Below, one piece after another: positions 52,737-62,032 of a stretch of 64,000 bases of DNA. Where the stretch lies: assembly GCA_963822945.1 (NCBI GenBank), contig CAWGJO010000020.1:1-64000 (forward strand), written 5' to 3'. The position numbers were made by a program, and so were the translations under genes. This stretch comes from an uncultured Gemmatimonadaceae bacterium (GTDB lineage Bacteria > Gemmatimonadota > Gemmatimonadetes > Gemmatimonadales > Gemmatimonadaceae). Each line of letters starts with the position of its first letter. The stretch's first letter is position 1. The notes beneath the pieces were generated by a model, which saw only the letters and a program-made list of their open reading frames with translations, searched no databases and was not told the origin of the DNA.

Positions 52737-53789
52737 TCAGTATCCAGCCTCTTTGTCCACGAGATTGCGCAACGTCTCGCCCTGGTCGTACCGCGACCAG
52801 TTGTCCACGAACAACGAGAGCTGGCGGGGCCAGAATCGGAGCGGGGAAACAGCCGAAACGTGCGGGGTCAGCAGCGCCGATCGAAGCGGCCAGAGCGGGC
52901 TCGAAGGCGCCAGGGGTTCCTGCGAAAAGACGTCCAGCACGGCGCCGCGTAACCGTCCATCGGCCAGCCGTTCCGCGAGCGCGCCCTCGTCCACCAGCGC
53001 CCCGCGCGCCACGTTCACCACGATCGCCTGCCGGGGGAGCAGATCGAGCCGGGCGGCATTCAGCAGCCCGCCCGTCCGGGGCGTCATCGGAGCCGCCACC
53101 ACCACCACGTCCGCGTCCCGCAGTTCGGCCTCGAGCGCATCGGGCCCCGCCACACGCGCGAAGCCCCGCGGCGTGCCCAGCTCCGGGCGCCGCCGGATGC
53201 CGACGCACACCGCGCCGAGCGCCTGGAAGCGCGTCGCAACCTCCGACCCGATGCCGCCGGCGCCGATCACCAGCACGCGGACGTCGGCCACCTCGCGCAG
53301 CGGCGAGTCGCCCGAGACGAAGAACGACTTGCTCCACCGGCTCGACCGCTGCTGGTCCACCGCCACGTCCAGACCGCGCAGGAAGTGCATCACGCCCGCG
53401 AGCACCGACTCGGCGATGGGCGGACCGTGCACGCCGGCCGAATTCGTGAGCAGCACGTCACTCGCCACCATCTCCGGAAACAGCAGGCTGCCCATGCCCG
53501 CGGTGGCGGAGTGCACCCAGCGCAGCTTCGGGGCGGCCACGAACAGCGGACGCGAGATGCCGAACCCGAAGTAGGCCTCCGCTCCCGCGATCGCGGCCAG
53601 CGCCTCGGCGCTCGGCGCCGGCGACCCGTCGCCGTCGGAGATCGTGGCCGCCCGCACGAACGACACGCGCCAACCGGGCGGCGCCGCCTGGCGGATCGTC
53701 GCCTCGCCCTCCGGCTTCAGGGCCCAGTTCCGGGAGGTGGAGGCCAGATCCACCACGAGCAACCGGTCGGCACGCGTCGTGGCGGACAT
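52737..53789 (-). CDS. D-2-hydroxyacid dehydrogenase family protein
   Basis: GAGGIG, VNVARG, LDVF..EPL, TPHVS. Confidence 0.92.
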   Translation of the reverse strand: MSATTRADRLLVVDLASTSRNWALKPEGEATIRQAAPPGWRVSFVRAATISDGDGSPAPSAEALAAIAGAEAYFGFGISRPLFVAAPKLRWVHSATAGMGSLLFPEMVASDVLLTNSAGVHGPPIAESVLAGVMHFLRGLDVAVDQQRSSRWSKSFFVSGDSPLREVADVRVLVIGAGGIGSEVATRFQALGAVCVGIRRRPELGTPRGFARVAGPDALEAELRDADVVVVAAPMTPRTGGLLNAARLDLLPRQAIVVNVARGALVDEGALAERLADGRLRGAVLDVFSQEPLAPSSPLWPLRSALLTPHVSAVSPLRFWPRQLSLFVDNWSRYDQGETLRNLVDKEAGY

Positions 53790-54772
53790 CAGTCGAGGCC
53801 CATGCGCTCCCGGACTTCGCTCATCGTCTGGCGGGCGATCGCGCGACACGCGGAGGCGCCGGCCGCCAGCACGTCCTCCACCCGCTCCGGTTGCTCGCGC
53901 AATTCCGCGGCCCGCCGGCGAATGGGCACCAGCTCCTGGTCCATCGATTCCAGCAGCGTCTGCTTGCAGTCGATGCATCCCCAACCGGCGGTCGTGCACT
54001 GCTCGTACACGTGCTTCACCGTGTCTGGCGCACTGAACGCCTTGTGCAGATGGTAGATGTTGCAGACGTCCGGGTGCCCGGGGTCGGTGCGCCGCACGCG
54101 CGCCGGGTCGGTGACCGCCGGCCGGAGTTTGGCCCAGATCTCTTCTCTGGACTCCAGCAGCCCGATCGTGTTGCCCATCGACTTGGACATCTTCGCCTGT
54201 CCGTCCAGGCCCATGATGCGCCGAGTGGGCGTGAGCACCGCCTGCGGCTCGGGGAAGTAGTCCTCATCGCGCGAGAACGCCGCGTTCCAGCGGCGGGCGA
54301 TGACGCGCGACAGTTCGAGATGCTGCACCTGGTCCTCGCCCACGGGCACGAGATCGGCCCGGTACAGCAGGATGTCCGCTGCTTGCAGCACGGGATAGTT
54401 GAGCAGGCCGGCGTTCACGCTTTCCTGCCGGCTCGCCTTATCTTTGAATTGGGTCTGACGCTCCAACTCGCCCAACGGCGTGATGGTGTTGAGGATCCAT
54501 TGCAACTCGGTGTGCTCCCGTACGGCCGACTGCACATACAGCGTCGCCACCTCGGGATCGATCCCCGCGGCGAGCAGCGACACCGCCATGTCGCGCCGCC
54601 GGGCCCGCAGTACGTCAGGGTCATAAGGCACCGTGATGATCGCGTGGTAGTCCACAATGCAGAAGATCGTCGGGTGCTGGCCCTGGAGCTGGACCCAGTT
54701 CTTCACCGCGCCCAGGTAGTTGCCCAGATGGAGTTCGCCCGAAGGCTGTATGCCGCTGAAAATTCTAGACAT
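53789..54772 (-). CDS. trpS: Tryptophan--tRNA ligase
   Basis: SGIQPSG..HLGNYLGA, YPVLQAADIL, VPVGEDQ, KMSKS. Confidence 0.97.
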   Translation of the reverse strand: MSRIFSGIQPSGELHLGNYLGAVKNWVQLQGQHPTIFCIVDYHAIITVPYDPDVLRARRRDMAVSLLAAGIDPEVATLYVQSAVREHTELQWILNTITPLGELERQTQFKDKASRQESVNAGLLNYPVLQAADILLYRADLVPVGEDQVQHLELSRVIARRWNAAFSRDEDYFPEPQAVLTPTRRIMGLDGQAKMSKSMGNTIGLLESREEIWAKLRPAVTDPARVRRTDPGHPDVCNIYHLHKAFSAPDTVKHVYEQCTTAGWGCIDCKQTLLESMDQELVPIRRRAAELREQPERVEDVLAAGASACRAIARQTMSEVRERMGLD

Positions 54773-54783
54773 TTCGTGAAGCT

Positions 54784-55629
54784 ATGAGTGCACCAGACCC
54801 CTCGCAAGCAACCGAAGCCGCCGACACGTCGCCGCGATCCGACGCGCGCGCACTGCTCGCCACCTGCGTGGCCGCCGCCGTGCGCGGCGGCGAGATCGTG
54901 CGCACCGGCGCCGCCGACCTGTCGCGCCTGACGTGGGACGTGAAATCGCCCGCGGACTTCGTGAGCGACGTCGATCGCGACTCCGAACGCGCCATCGCCG
55001 AGATGGTGCGGGAGCGTCACCCCGACGCGCGCATGGTCGGAGAGGAGATGTCCCCCGATGCGGCCGCCGACCTCTCGGGGCTCGCCTTCGTGGCCGACCC
55101 GCTGGACGGCACGACGAACTTCCTGCACGGCTACCCCTGGTACGCCGTCTCCGTGGCCGCCGTCGTCGACGGCCTCCCGGTGGCGGGCGCCGTGCTCAAC
55201 GCGGCAACCGGCGAGCTGTTCACCGCCACGGCGGGCGGCGGCGCCCGGCGGGCGGGTCAGGCGATCACCGTATCGGCGCTCACCGATCCGCAACGGGCGC
55301 TCATCGGCACCGGCTTCCCGTTCAAGAATCCGGAACTGGTCGCGCCCTACCTCGGCCCCTTCGGCGAGATCACCCGCCGCACGGCCGGTATCCGCCGGGC
55401 AGGCGCCGCCGCGCTCGATCTCGCCGACGTGGCCTGCGGCCGGTTCGACGGCTTCTGGGAGTTGGTCCTGGCGCCCTGGGACGTGGCGGCCGGGCTCCTG
55501 CTCGTGCGCGAGGCGGGGGGCATCGCCACCGACCTGCAGGGGCGCCCCGCCCCCGTGGGCTTCGGTCCCGTGGTGGCCGGCAACCCGGTCATCCACACCT
55601 GGCTTCTCGAACGGCTCGCGAACACCTGA
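54784..55629 (+). CDS. Inositol monophosphatase family protein (SuhB-like); start uncertain
   Basis: DFVSDVD, GEE, DPLDGTTNF, RRAGAAALDL, WDVAAG. Confidence 0.92.
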   Translation: MSAPDPSQATEAADTSPRSDARALLATCVAAAVRGGEIVRTGAADLSRLTWDVKSPADFVSDVDRDSERAIAEMVRERHPDARMVGEEMSPDAAADLSGLAFVADPLDGTTNFLHGYPWYAVSVAAVVDGLPVAGAVLNAATGELFTATAGGGARRAGQAITVSALTDPQRALIGTGFPFKNPELVAPYLGPFGEITRRTAGIRRAGAAALDLADVACGRFDGFWELVLAPWDVAAGLLLVREAGGIATDLQGRPAPVGFGPVVAGNPVIHTWLLERLANT

Positions 55630-55836
55630 ACGGGCCGGAACCGTCCCGTCGACGGCGGTCCGAGTGCTGACAATTGAACGACAACTGAACGATGGTGAAC
55701 GCGGACATCGCCGGGTGTGCGGCCACGACCTCCACCGCGACGCCCTATTCGCCCCTCGCTACTTCAACCACTGGAACTCTGCTCGCTCCTTCATCCGCGT
55801 AATCCGCCCCATCCGCTGTTATTGTAGTTCCAGGCA

Positions 55837-56011
55837 GTTGCTGTTGCTGTTGAAGTGCTGTTGTAGTTGTAGTTGTAGTTGTAGTTGCTGTTGCTGTTGC
55901 TGTTGCCGTTGCAGTTGCCGTTGCAGTTGCAGTTGTAGTTGCAGTTGCAGTTGCAGTTGCAGTTGCAGTTGTAGTTGTAGTCCCCATGTTCTTGCAGTTG
56001 CAGTTGCAGTT
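55837..56011. repeat. Hexamer tandem repeat GTTGYN
   Basis: 20 in-phase units at 55860-55979 plus about 3 units on each side. Confidence 0.95.
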
Positions 56012-56036
56012 TCTGTGTGTTCTGTGTGCTCTGTGG
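56012..56036. repeat. 9-nt-period dispersed repeat, copy 2
   Basis: TCTGTGTGTTCTGTGTGCTCTGTGG, matches 14119-14143. Confidence 0.8.
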
Positions 56037-56081
56037 CCAAACCCCTTGCGCACCGACCCTCGCCCCGATCCCTACCCCGCC

Positions 56082-57605
56082 ATGCGCCTCGTCGAATGTG
56101 TCCCCAATTTCTCTGAAGGCCGCCGCCCGGAAGTGGTCTCCGCCATTCGCGACGCCATCGCCGGCGTCGACGGCGCCACGATCCTCGACGTGTCATCAGA
56201 CGATTCCCACAATCGCAGTGTGATCACCTTCGTCGCCCCACTCGACCGGGCCGTCGATGCCGCGCTCGCCGGCATGCGCGCGGCCCGCGAGCACATCGAC
56301 CTCACCAAGCACACCGGCGAACACCCGCGCATGGGCGCCACCGACGTCGTGCCCTTCATCCCCCTCGAAGGCACCACGATGGAGGACTGCATCGCCCTCG
56401 CCCGCGACCTCGGCGCGCGCGCCGCCGCCGAACTCGAGATCCCGATCTACCTGTACGAACGCGCCGCGGCACGCCCCGAGCGCGAGAACCTCGCCGACGT
56501 GCGCCGCGGACAGTTCGAGGGAATCCGCGACGAGATCGGCAAGCTCGCCGCGCGCAAGCCGGACTTCGGCCCCGAACGCGTGCACCCCACCGCCGGCATC
56601 ACCGCCGTCGGTGCCCGGCCCTTTCTCGTGGCGTACAACGTCTACCTCGGTCCCACCGAGAACCTCCCCGTGGCCAAGCGCGTCGCCAAAGCCGTTCGCG
56701 GATCCTCCGGCGGTCTGCGCTACGTGAAGGGTCTCGGCCTCGAAGTGGACGGGCAGGCGCAGGTCTCGATGAACCTCGTGGACACCGAGAAGACCCCCGT
56801 CCACCGCGCCTTCGACATGGTGAAGATGGAAGCCGAGGCCGAGGGTGTGACGCCCACCTGGAGCGAAATCGTCGGCCTCGTTCCCGAGCGCGCGCTGTTC
56901 GAGACCGCCGCCCACCACCTGCGCCTCCGCGGCTTCACCCCCGAGATGGTGCTCGAGCGGAAGGTGCGCGACGCCGTGGCCGGCGGCATTTCACTGTCGG
57001 GGTTCGTCGGGTCGGTGGCGTCGTCGGCTCCCGTGCCGGGCGGCGGCAGCGTGGCCGCCCACGTGGGCGCGCTCGGCGCCGCGCTCGCCCAGATGGTGGC
57101 CGGCCTCACCGCCGGCCGCAAGAAGTACGCGGCCGTCGACGCCGAGATGCGGGAAGTCGGCCTGCAGGCCGCGGGCCTCGTGCGCGAACTCTCCACGCTC
57201 GTCGATCGCGACGCCGAGTCGTACGCCGCGGTAAGCGCCGCGTACAAGTTGCCGCGCGAGACCGAAGCCGAGACGCGCAAACGGACCGAAGCGATTACCG
57301 CCGCCCTGCTCGGCGCCGCCGACGTGCCCCTCGAATCCGCCCGCGCCTGCGTACGCGTGTGCGAACTGGCCGCCACGGTGGCCGCCAAGGGCAATACCAA
57401 CGCCGTGTCCGACGCCGGCGTCGCCGCCCTGCTCGCCGAAGCGGCCTGCAAGGGCGCCGCCTACAACGTGCGCATCAACGTCTCGTCACTCGACGATCCG
57501 TCGCTGGGCAAGTCGCGGGCCAACGAGGCTGCGGAACTCGTTCGGACAGCCAGCGCGTTTGCCGCCCAGGCCCTCGGCGTGGTGGAGAAGGCGATCGGCG
57601 GCTGA
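56082..57605 (+). CDS. ftcd: Bifunctional glutamate formiminotransferase / formiminotetrahydrofolate cyclodeaminase
   Basis: LVECVPNFSEGR, HNRSV, HPRMGA, QVSMNL, then PVPGGGS, GNTNAVSD, NVRIN. Confidence 0.95.
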   Translation: MRLVECVPNFSEGRRPEVVSAIRDAIAGVDGATILDVSSDDSHNRSVITFVAPLDRAVDAALAGMRAAREHIDLTKHTGEHPRMGATDVVPFIPLEGTTMEDCIALARDLGARAAAELEIPIYLYERAAARPERENLADVRRGQFEGIRDEIGKLAARKPDFGPERVHPTAGITAVGARPFLVAYNVYLGPTENLPVAKRVAKAVRGSSGGLRYVKGLGLEVDGQAQVSMNLVDTEKTPVHRAFDMVKMEAEAEGVTPTWSEIVGLVPERALFETAAHHLRLRGFTPEMVLERKVRDAVAGGISLSGFVGSVASSAPVPGGGSVAAHVGALGAALAQMVAGLTAGRKKYAAVDAEMREVGLQAAGLVRELSTLVDRDAESYAAVSAAYKLPRETEAETRKRTEAITAALLGAADVPLESARACVRVCELAATVAAKGNTNAVSDAGVAALLAEAACKGAAYNVRINVSSLDDPSLGKSRANEAAELVRTASAFAAQALGVVEKAIGG

Positions 57606-57630
57606 CTGCCGCCGATCGCCCTTTCCCCCG

Positions 57631-60414
57631 CTACTGCTCGCCGCCGTAGATCCCGTTGAACAGGAACTTGAACGTGCCGTGCGGCTGGCCGCGGAACAGG
57701 ATCTCCGGACCGAACATGTAGAGGTGTCCGCTACCCACCACCGCGGACACGGCGGCCACCCCACCCTGCAGATAGCCCTGCCCCCAGGCCCATCCACTGT
57801 GCAGCGGCGTCGCCGTGTCGAACCAGGCCACGGGCGTCACCCCGCGCATCGCCGCGTCGGGGTTGAGGCGGAACACCGGTGAGTTCTGGAAGAACACGTC
57901 CACGTGGCCGGCCATGCCAGCGCCGAGCACACTCGTGGAGTCCACCGCGGTCGTGAGCAGCGAGCCCGGCACGTAGAACTGCTCGCCGGTCAGCGGGCGT
58001 ACCTCCCCCTGCGGCGTACGCTCCACGAGTTGATTCTCGAGCGGAAGCCCGAGGTCGTACGCGATCCCCGTGGAACTGCCCACAGCGATCACCGTGCCGC
58101 CGTGCTCCATGAACGACTTGAGCTGCGGCACCGTCTGCTGCGCGGTCAGGTTGCCCACCATGTACTGATACTGCGCCGGGATGTCCGCCGTCCGGCCGCC
58201 GCCGAATCCGCGGCCCCCGCGCCCCCGTCCCCCGGCGCCGCCCTGGAACGCCGCGTCCACGAAGATGATCACGTCGTACTTGGCGTTGAGATTTCCGGCG
58301 TCGAGTTCCTTGGGGTAGACGAGCTTGTACGGGAATTCGAACTGCTCGAGTTCGAAGCGCGTCCATCCCGACGGCATCGACCCACCGTACTGATCGTAGA
58401 GCGCGATGCGCTGCGGATGCAGCTTCACCGCGTCCGGGCCCGGCGCCGCCGGAACGCCCGTGAAGCTCACCCCGAGCCGCTGGGCCGCAGTCCGCAGGAT
58501 GGGCTCCGTTCCGCTCGACGCGGCCACGTAGAACGTGCCCGCCGGATAGGTGGTGCCGCCCGCCGACAGCGGGCTCCGCAGCCAGTAGACGTCGGCCTTG
58601 GCCATCAACAACCGGTTGATCACCGTGAACGCGTCGTTCTCGGCGTGGCTGAACACGAACCCGCGGGCGCCGGCGGCGCCGGCGAGCGCGCCGGGCTGCG
58701 GCGTCGCCAGTCCGTCGATCTTCTCGAACGGCCCGGTGAAGGCGTCCAGAATCCGATCGAAGTGGACCCCCATCTGGTAGGCCAGCGTCCAGCCCGCGTT
58801 GTCGTACGGACGGATCGGCGGCCCACCGGGATAGGCGAAGTCGTTCGGATAGTCCTGCGGCTCGAACATGTCGAGCACCTGCGGCCGGAACGCCTGCGCG
58901 GTCTTCACCACGTACGACCCCTTCGGATAGCGCCTGCCGTTCACGGTGAAGTCGGCCGTGGCCCGCAGCACGTCCACGCCGTTGTAGCGCAGGGCATTGA
59001 TGAACCGCGTGACCGTCGGGAAGTCGGGCTGGTCGGCCGGCATGATGTAGCCGCGCGGATCCCGCTGCGCCGGATCGCGCAGGTACTGCTGGAACATGGC
59101 ATCGCTCGCCGCGCCTCCGCGCCCGCGGCCGCCCCGTCCGGCGGCGGCCCCCTGGTTCCCCGGCGCGCGCGCCACGGCCGAGTCCACGGCCGCGATCATC
59201 GTCGGTGTCACCGTCCAACTGTCGCGATTGCCCTTGTCGATCGAGTTCTTTCCCATGCGATAGAGACCGTACAGAAATTCGTCGCGCCGCCGCGACGCGA
59301 TGTCGAGCACGGCGTAGTTGGCGCTCACCATGTAGTCGATGGACTGCCGGAAGTGCCACGCCTGCGGCTCGACGGGAAAGGGCAGGTCGCCGTGCGGCAG
59401 TTGTGCGGCCGGCACGAACGGGATCCGCGTCGGCGTCGGATTGCCGATGGTTTCCGTGAGCAGGCCGATCATGTTGTGGAAGTACACCGAGGTGCGGAGC
59501 CCCCCGTCCCACCAGGTGGAGTAGCTCGACCCCGACCGCATGGTGAATCCCGGCTTGCCCTCCGCCGCGAACCGCGTGTGGATGGCCGAGCCCACCATGT
59601 CGATGTCCATCACGAGCAACGGATCGTACACGTAGTTGAACGGGTCGCGGAACGGCGGGGTGAACACCACCGTGCCCGCGGGACCGGTCTGGTGATGGTT
59701 GTAGACGATGATCGGGTACCACTCCCAGAACATGACCTTCTCGTCGTTCTGCGTTTCCGGGAGGTTGGCCATGTAGAAGTCGCGGTTGTCGTCGTGTCCC
59801 GCGTACTTCTCGTAGAGCCGCGGAATGTTCTCGTTGCGCTTCAGCGAATCGGGCTCCTGCATGTACCAGTTGGCCACCAGCTGCATGCCGTCCGGATTCA
59901 CGTTGGTCAGCAGCACGATGTCGTCGCGCAGAATGCGCATCGTTTCGGGATCCGTGCGCGTCAGCAGATCGTACTCGGTCTGGATGAGTTGATTGGCGCC
60001 GAGCACCTCCGTGGCGTGCAGGCCGCCATCGATCCACACCACCGCCTTGCCCTCGGCCGCCAGTTGGCGGGCCTGGGCGTCGGTGAGTCCTTCGGCCCGC
60101 GCCAGCCGCTGCTCGATCTGCCGGTAGTGTTCGAGGTTCCGGATGTTCTCGGGCGCCGACACGATCAGCGTGTACTGGGCCCGGCCCTCGGCCGTCTTCC
60201 CGATCTCGACGAGCTTGGCCCGGTTCGATTCCCGAGCGATCGTCTTCAGATACGATTCGTACTGGTCGTAGTTCGGCAGCCAGTAGTCGTCGCCGATGGA
60301 ATGGCCGAAGTGCTGCTTGGGCGTGGTGACGTGGCCCTGGGCCTGCGCCACGCCGGCCGTGAGGAGCAGCGGGAGCACGAGGGCGCGGTACAGGCAAGAC
60401 AGGCGCGACCGCAT
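57631..60414 (-). CDS. Secreted M14 zinc carboxypeptidase-like protein
   Basis: Signal peptide; GLHATE, NPDG, DDNRD, YNHHQ, PYDNAGWTL; C-terminal GATase-like region. Confidence 0.88.
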   Translation of the reverse strand: MRSRLSCLYRALVLPLLLTAGVAQAQGHVTTPKQHFGHSIGDDYWLPNYDQYESYLKTIARESNRAKLVEIGKTAEGRAQYTLIVSAPENIRNLEHYRQIEQRLARAEGLTDAQARQLAAEGKAVVWIDGGLHATEVLGANQLIQTEYDLLTRTDPETMRILRDDIVLLTNVNPDGMQLVANWYMQEPDSLKRNENIPRLYEKYAGHDDNRDFYMANLPETQNDEKVMFWEWYPIIVYNHHQTGPAGTVVFTPPFRDPFNYVYDPLLVMDIDMVGSAIHTRFAAEGKPGFTMRSGSSYSTWWDGGLRTSVYFHNMIGLLTETIGNPTPTRIPFVPAAQLPHGDLPFPVEPQAWHFRQSIDYMVSANYAVLDIASRRRDEFLYGLYRMGKNSIDKGNRDSWTVTPTMIAAVDSAVARAPGNQGAAAGRGGRGRGGAASDAMFQQYLRDPAQRDPRGYIMPADQPDFPTVTRFINALRYNGVDVLRATADFTVNGRRYPKGSYVVKTAQAFRPQVLDMFEPQDYPNDFAYPGGPPIRPYDNAGWTLAYQMGVHFDRILDAFTGPFEKIDGLATPQPGALAGAAGARGFVFSHAENDAFTVINRLLMAKADVYWLRSPLSAGGTTYPAGTFYVAASSGTEPILRTAAQRLGVSFTGVPAAPGPDAVKLHPQRIALYDQYGGSMPSGWTRFELEQFEFPYKLVYPKELDAGNLNAKYDVIIFVDAAFQGGAGGRGRGGRGFGGGRTADIPAQYQYMVGNLTAQQTVPQLKSFMEHGGTVIAVGSSTGIAYDLGLPLENQLVERTPQGEVRPLTGEQFYVPGSLLTTAVDSTSVLGAGMAGHVDVFFQNSPVFRLNPDAAMRGVTPVAWFDTATPLHSGWAWGQGYLQGGVAAVSAVVGSGHLYMFGPEILFRGQPHGTFKFLFNGIYGGEQ

Positions 60415-60493
60415 GGAGGGACCTCCAGGAGGGGACGAGGCCGGCGGCACACCTCCGGGGCGGGCCGCGGGCTGGAAGGGGACTTCTGGAAAA

Positions 60494-61282
60494 CTACGGG
60501 GCGGACGCGTCAACCGCTGGCGCACGGCCCGTGCCGCGCGTCAGCACCAGCGGGCCCGACTCGGTCACCGCCACCGTGTGCTCGAAGTGGGCGGAGCGCG
60601 ACCCGTCGGCGGTCACGATGGTCCACCCGTCCGAGAGCGTCTTCACGGCGTGCCCGCCCACGTTGACCATCGGTTCGATGGCGATCGTGAGGCCGGGCAT
60701 CAGCTTCGTGCCGCGGTGCGGCTTTCCGAAGTTGGGCACCTGCGGATCCTCGTGCATCGCCGCGCCCACGCCGTGTCCCACCAGTTCGCGCACCACGCCG
60801 TAGCCGGCGGCCTCGACCACCGCCTGAACCGCCGCCCCGATGTCTCCCACCTGGTTCCCCGGCTGTGCCGCCGCGATGCCCGCCTCGAGCGATGCCTGCG
60901 TCACCTCCAGCAGGCGCTCCGTCTCGGCGTCCACCACGCCTACCGGCACCGTCATCGCCGAATCGGTGAACAGCCCGCGATAGCCCACCCCCACGTCGAG
61001 CGACACGATGTCGCCCTCCTGGAGCACGCGCTTCTTCGACGGGATGCCGTGGACGATCTCCTCGTTGATCGACGAGCAGATGCTGCCCGGAAATCCGTAG
61101 AGCCCCTTGAACGCAGGCGTGGCGCCCTCGTGGCTCCGGATGAACTCCTCGGCCACCCGGTCCAGGTCGAGCGTCGAGATCCCGGGGCGCACGGCCTCCC
61201 GGAGGGTGTCCAGCGTGGCGGCGAGGATCTTGCCGCCGTGCACCATCAGTTCGAGCTCACGGGCCGACTTCAGCTTGATCAC
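60494..61282 (-). CDS. map: Methionine aminopeptidase type I
   Basis: SINEEIVHGIP, DIVSLDVG, DSA, GHGVG..MHEDP, AIEPMV, AHFEHT. Confidence 0.96.
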   Translation of the reverse strand: MIKLKSARELELMVHGGKILAATLDTLREAVRPGISTLDLDRVAEEFIRSHEGATPAFKGLYGFPGSICSSINEEIVHGIPSKKRVLQEGDIVSLDVGVGYRGLFTDSAMTVPVGVVDAETERLLEVTQASLEAGIAAAQPGNQVGDIGAAVQAVVEAAGYGVVRELVGHGVGAAMHEDPQVPNFGKPHRGTKLMPGLTIAIEPMVNVGGHAVKTLSDGWTIVTADGSRSAHFEHTVAVTESGPLVLTRGTGRAPAVDASAP

Positions 61283-61920
61283 CGGCCTCGCCCCAGCGCG
61301 TCCAGCGCCCGCGCCGTCACCGCGTCCACGGTGCCCGTGGCGTCCACCGTGGCCACGTGGGTGCCGTGTGTGCGGTACCACTCGAACACCGGCGCCGTCT
61401 GCCGTTCGAACACCGCCAGGCGGTTCCGGATGGCCTCCGGCTCGTCGTCCTTGCGCCGCACGAGCTTGCCGCCGCACTTGGCGCAGGCGTCGCCCACCGC
61501 CCCCGACATGTACGGCGTCTGGCATCCGGCGCAGACCAGGCGGCTGCTCAGCCGGCGCACGATCTCGTCGTTGGCGACGTCGAAGTCGAGCACCGCGTCC
61601 ACCTGGCGCCCCAGGCTGGCCAGCGCGTCGCGCAGGCCCTCGGCCTGCGGCACCGTGCGCACCACGCCGTCGAGGATCACGCCCTTCGCGTACGCCGGCG
61701 CCGACAGCGTCTCACGCACGATGCCGAGAATCACGTCGTCGGGCACGAGGGCGCCGCGGTCCATGAAGTCCTTGGCCCTGAGGCCGAGCGGGGTTCCCGC
61801 CTGGGCCGCGGCACGCAGCACGTCGCCCGTGGCCAGCGTCGGCACGTGCAGCGCCTCCGCCAGGCGCGGCGCCTGGGTTCCCTTGCCCGCTCCGGGCTTT
61901 CCGAAGAGTACGATGTTCAT
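61279..61920 (-). CDS. adk: Adenylate kinase with zinc-binding LID
   Basis: GKPGAGKGTQ, TGDVLR, LVPD, ILDG, CAGC..CAKC, RKDD. Confidence 0.96.
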   Translation of the reverse strand: MNIVLFGKPGAGKGTQAPRLAEALHVPTLATGDVLRAAAQAGTPLGLRAKDFMDRGALVPDDVILGIVRETLSAPAYAKGVILDGVVRTVPQAEGLRDALASLGRQVDAVLDFDVANDEIVRRLSSRLVCAGCQTPYMSGAVGDACAKCGGKLVRRKDDEPEAIRNRLAVFERQTAPVFEWYRTHGTHVATVDATGTVDAVTARALDALGRGR

Positions 61921-61961
61921 GATACGAAGGATGACACAGAAGCGCCCCGAGGGGAATGGAA

Positions 61962-62002
61962 CGAAAACCCCCGGCACGTCGAGGCGTGTACCGGGGGATT
62001 CG
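61962..62002 (-). terminator. Terminator-like hairpin between secY and adk
   Basis: CCCCCGG..CACG / CGTG..CCGGGGG stem followed by UUUUCGUU on the minus strand. Confidence 0.55.
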
Positions 62003-62032
62003 CATGCATGGTCGTCTACGATCCGGCCGGCG

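Noticed and set aside
55837..56011. CRISPR array
   Set aside because: 6-nt tandem units without unique spacers, and no cas genes
55745..56196. ORFs encoding poly-TA, poly-LQ or poly-CS peptides
   Set aside because: They are translations of the hexamer array, which is open in several frames, with no SD or domain support
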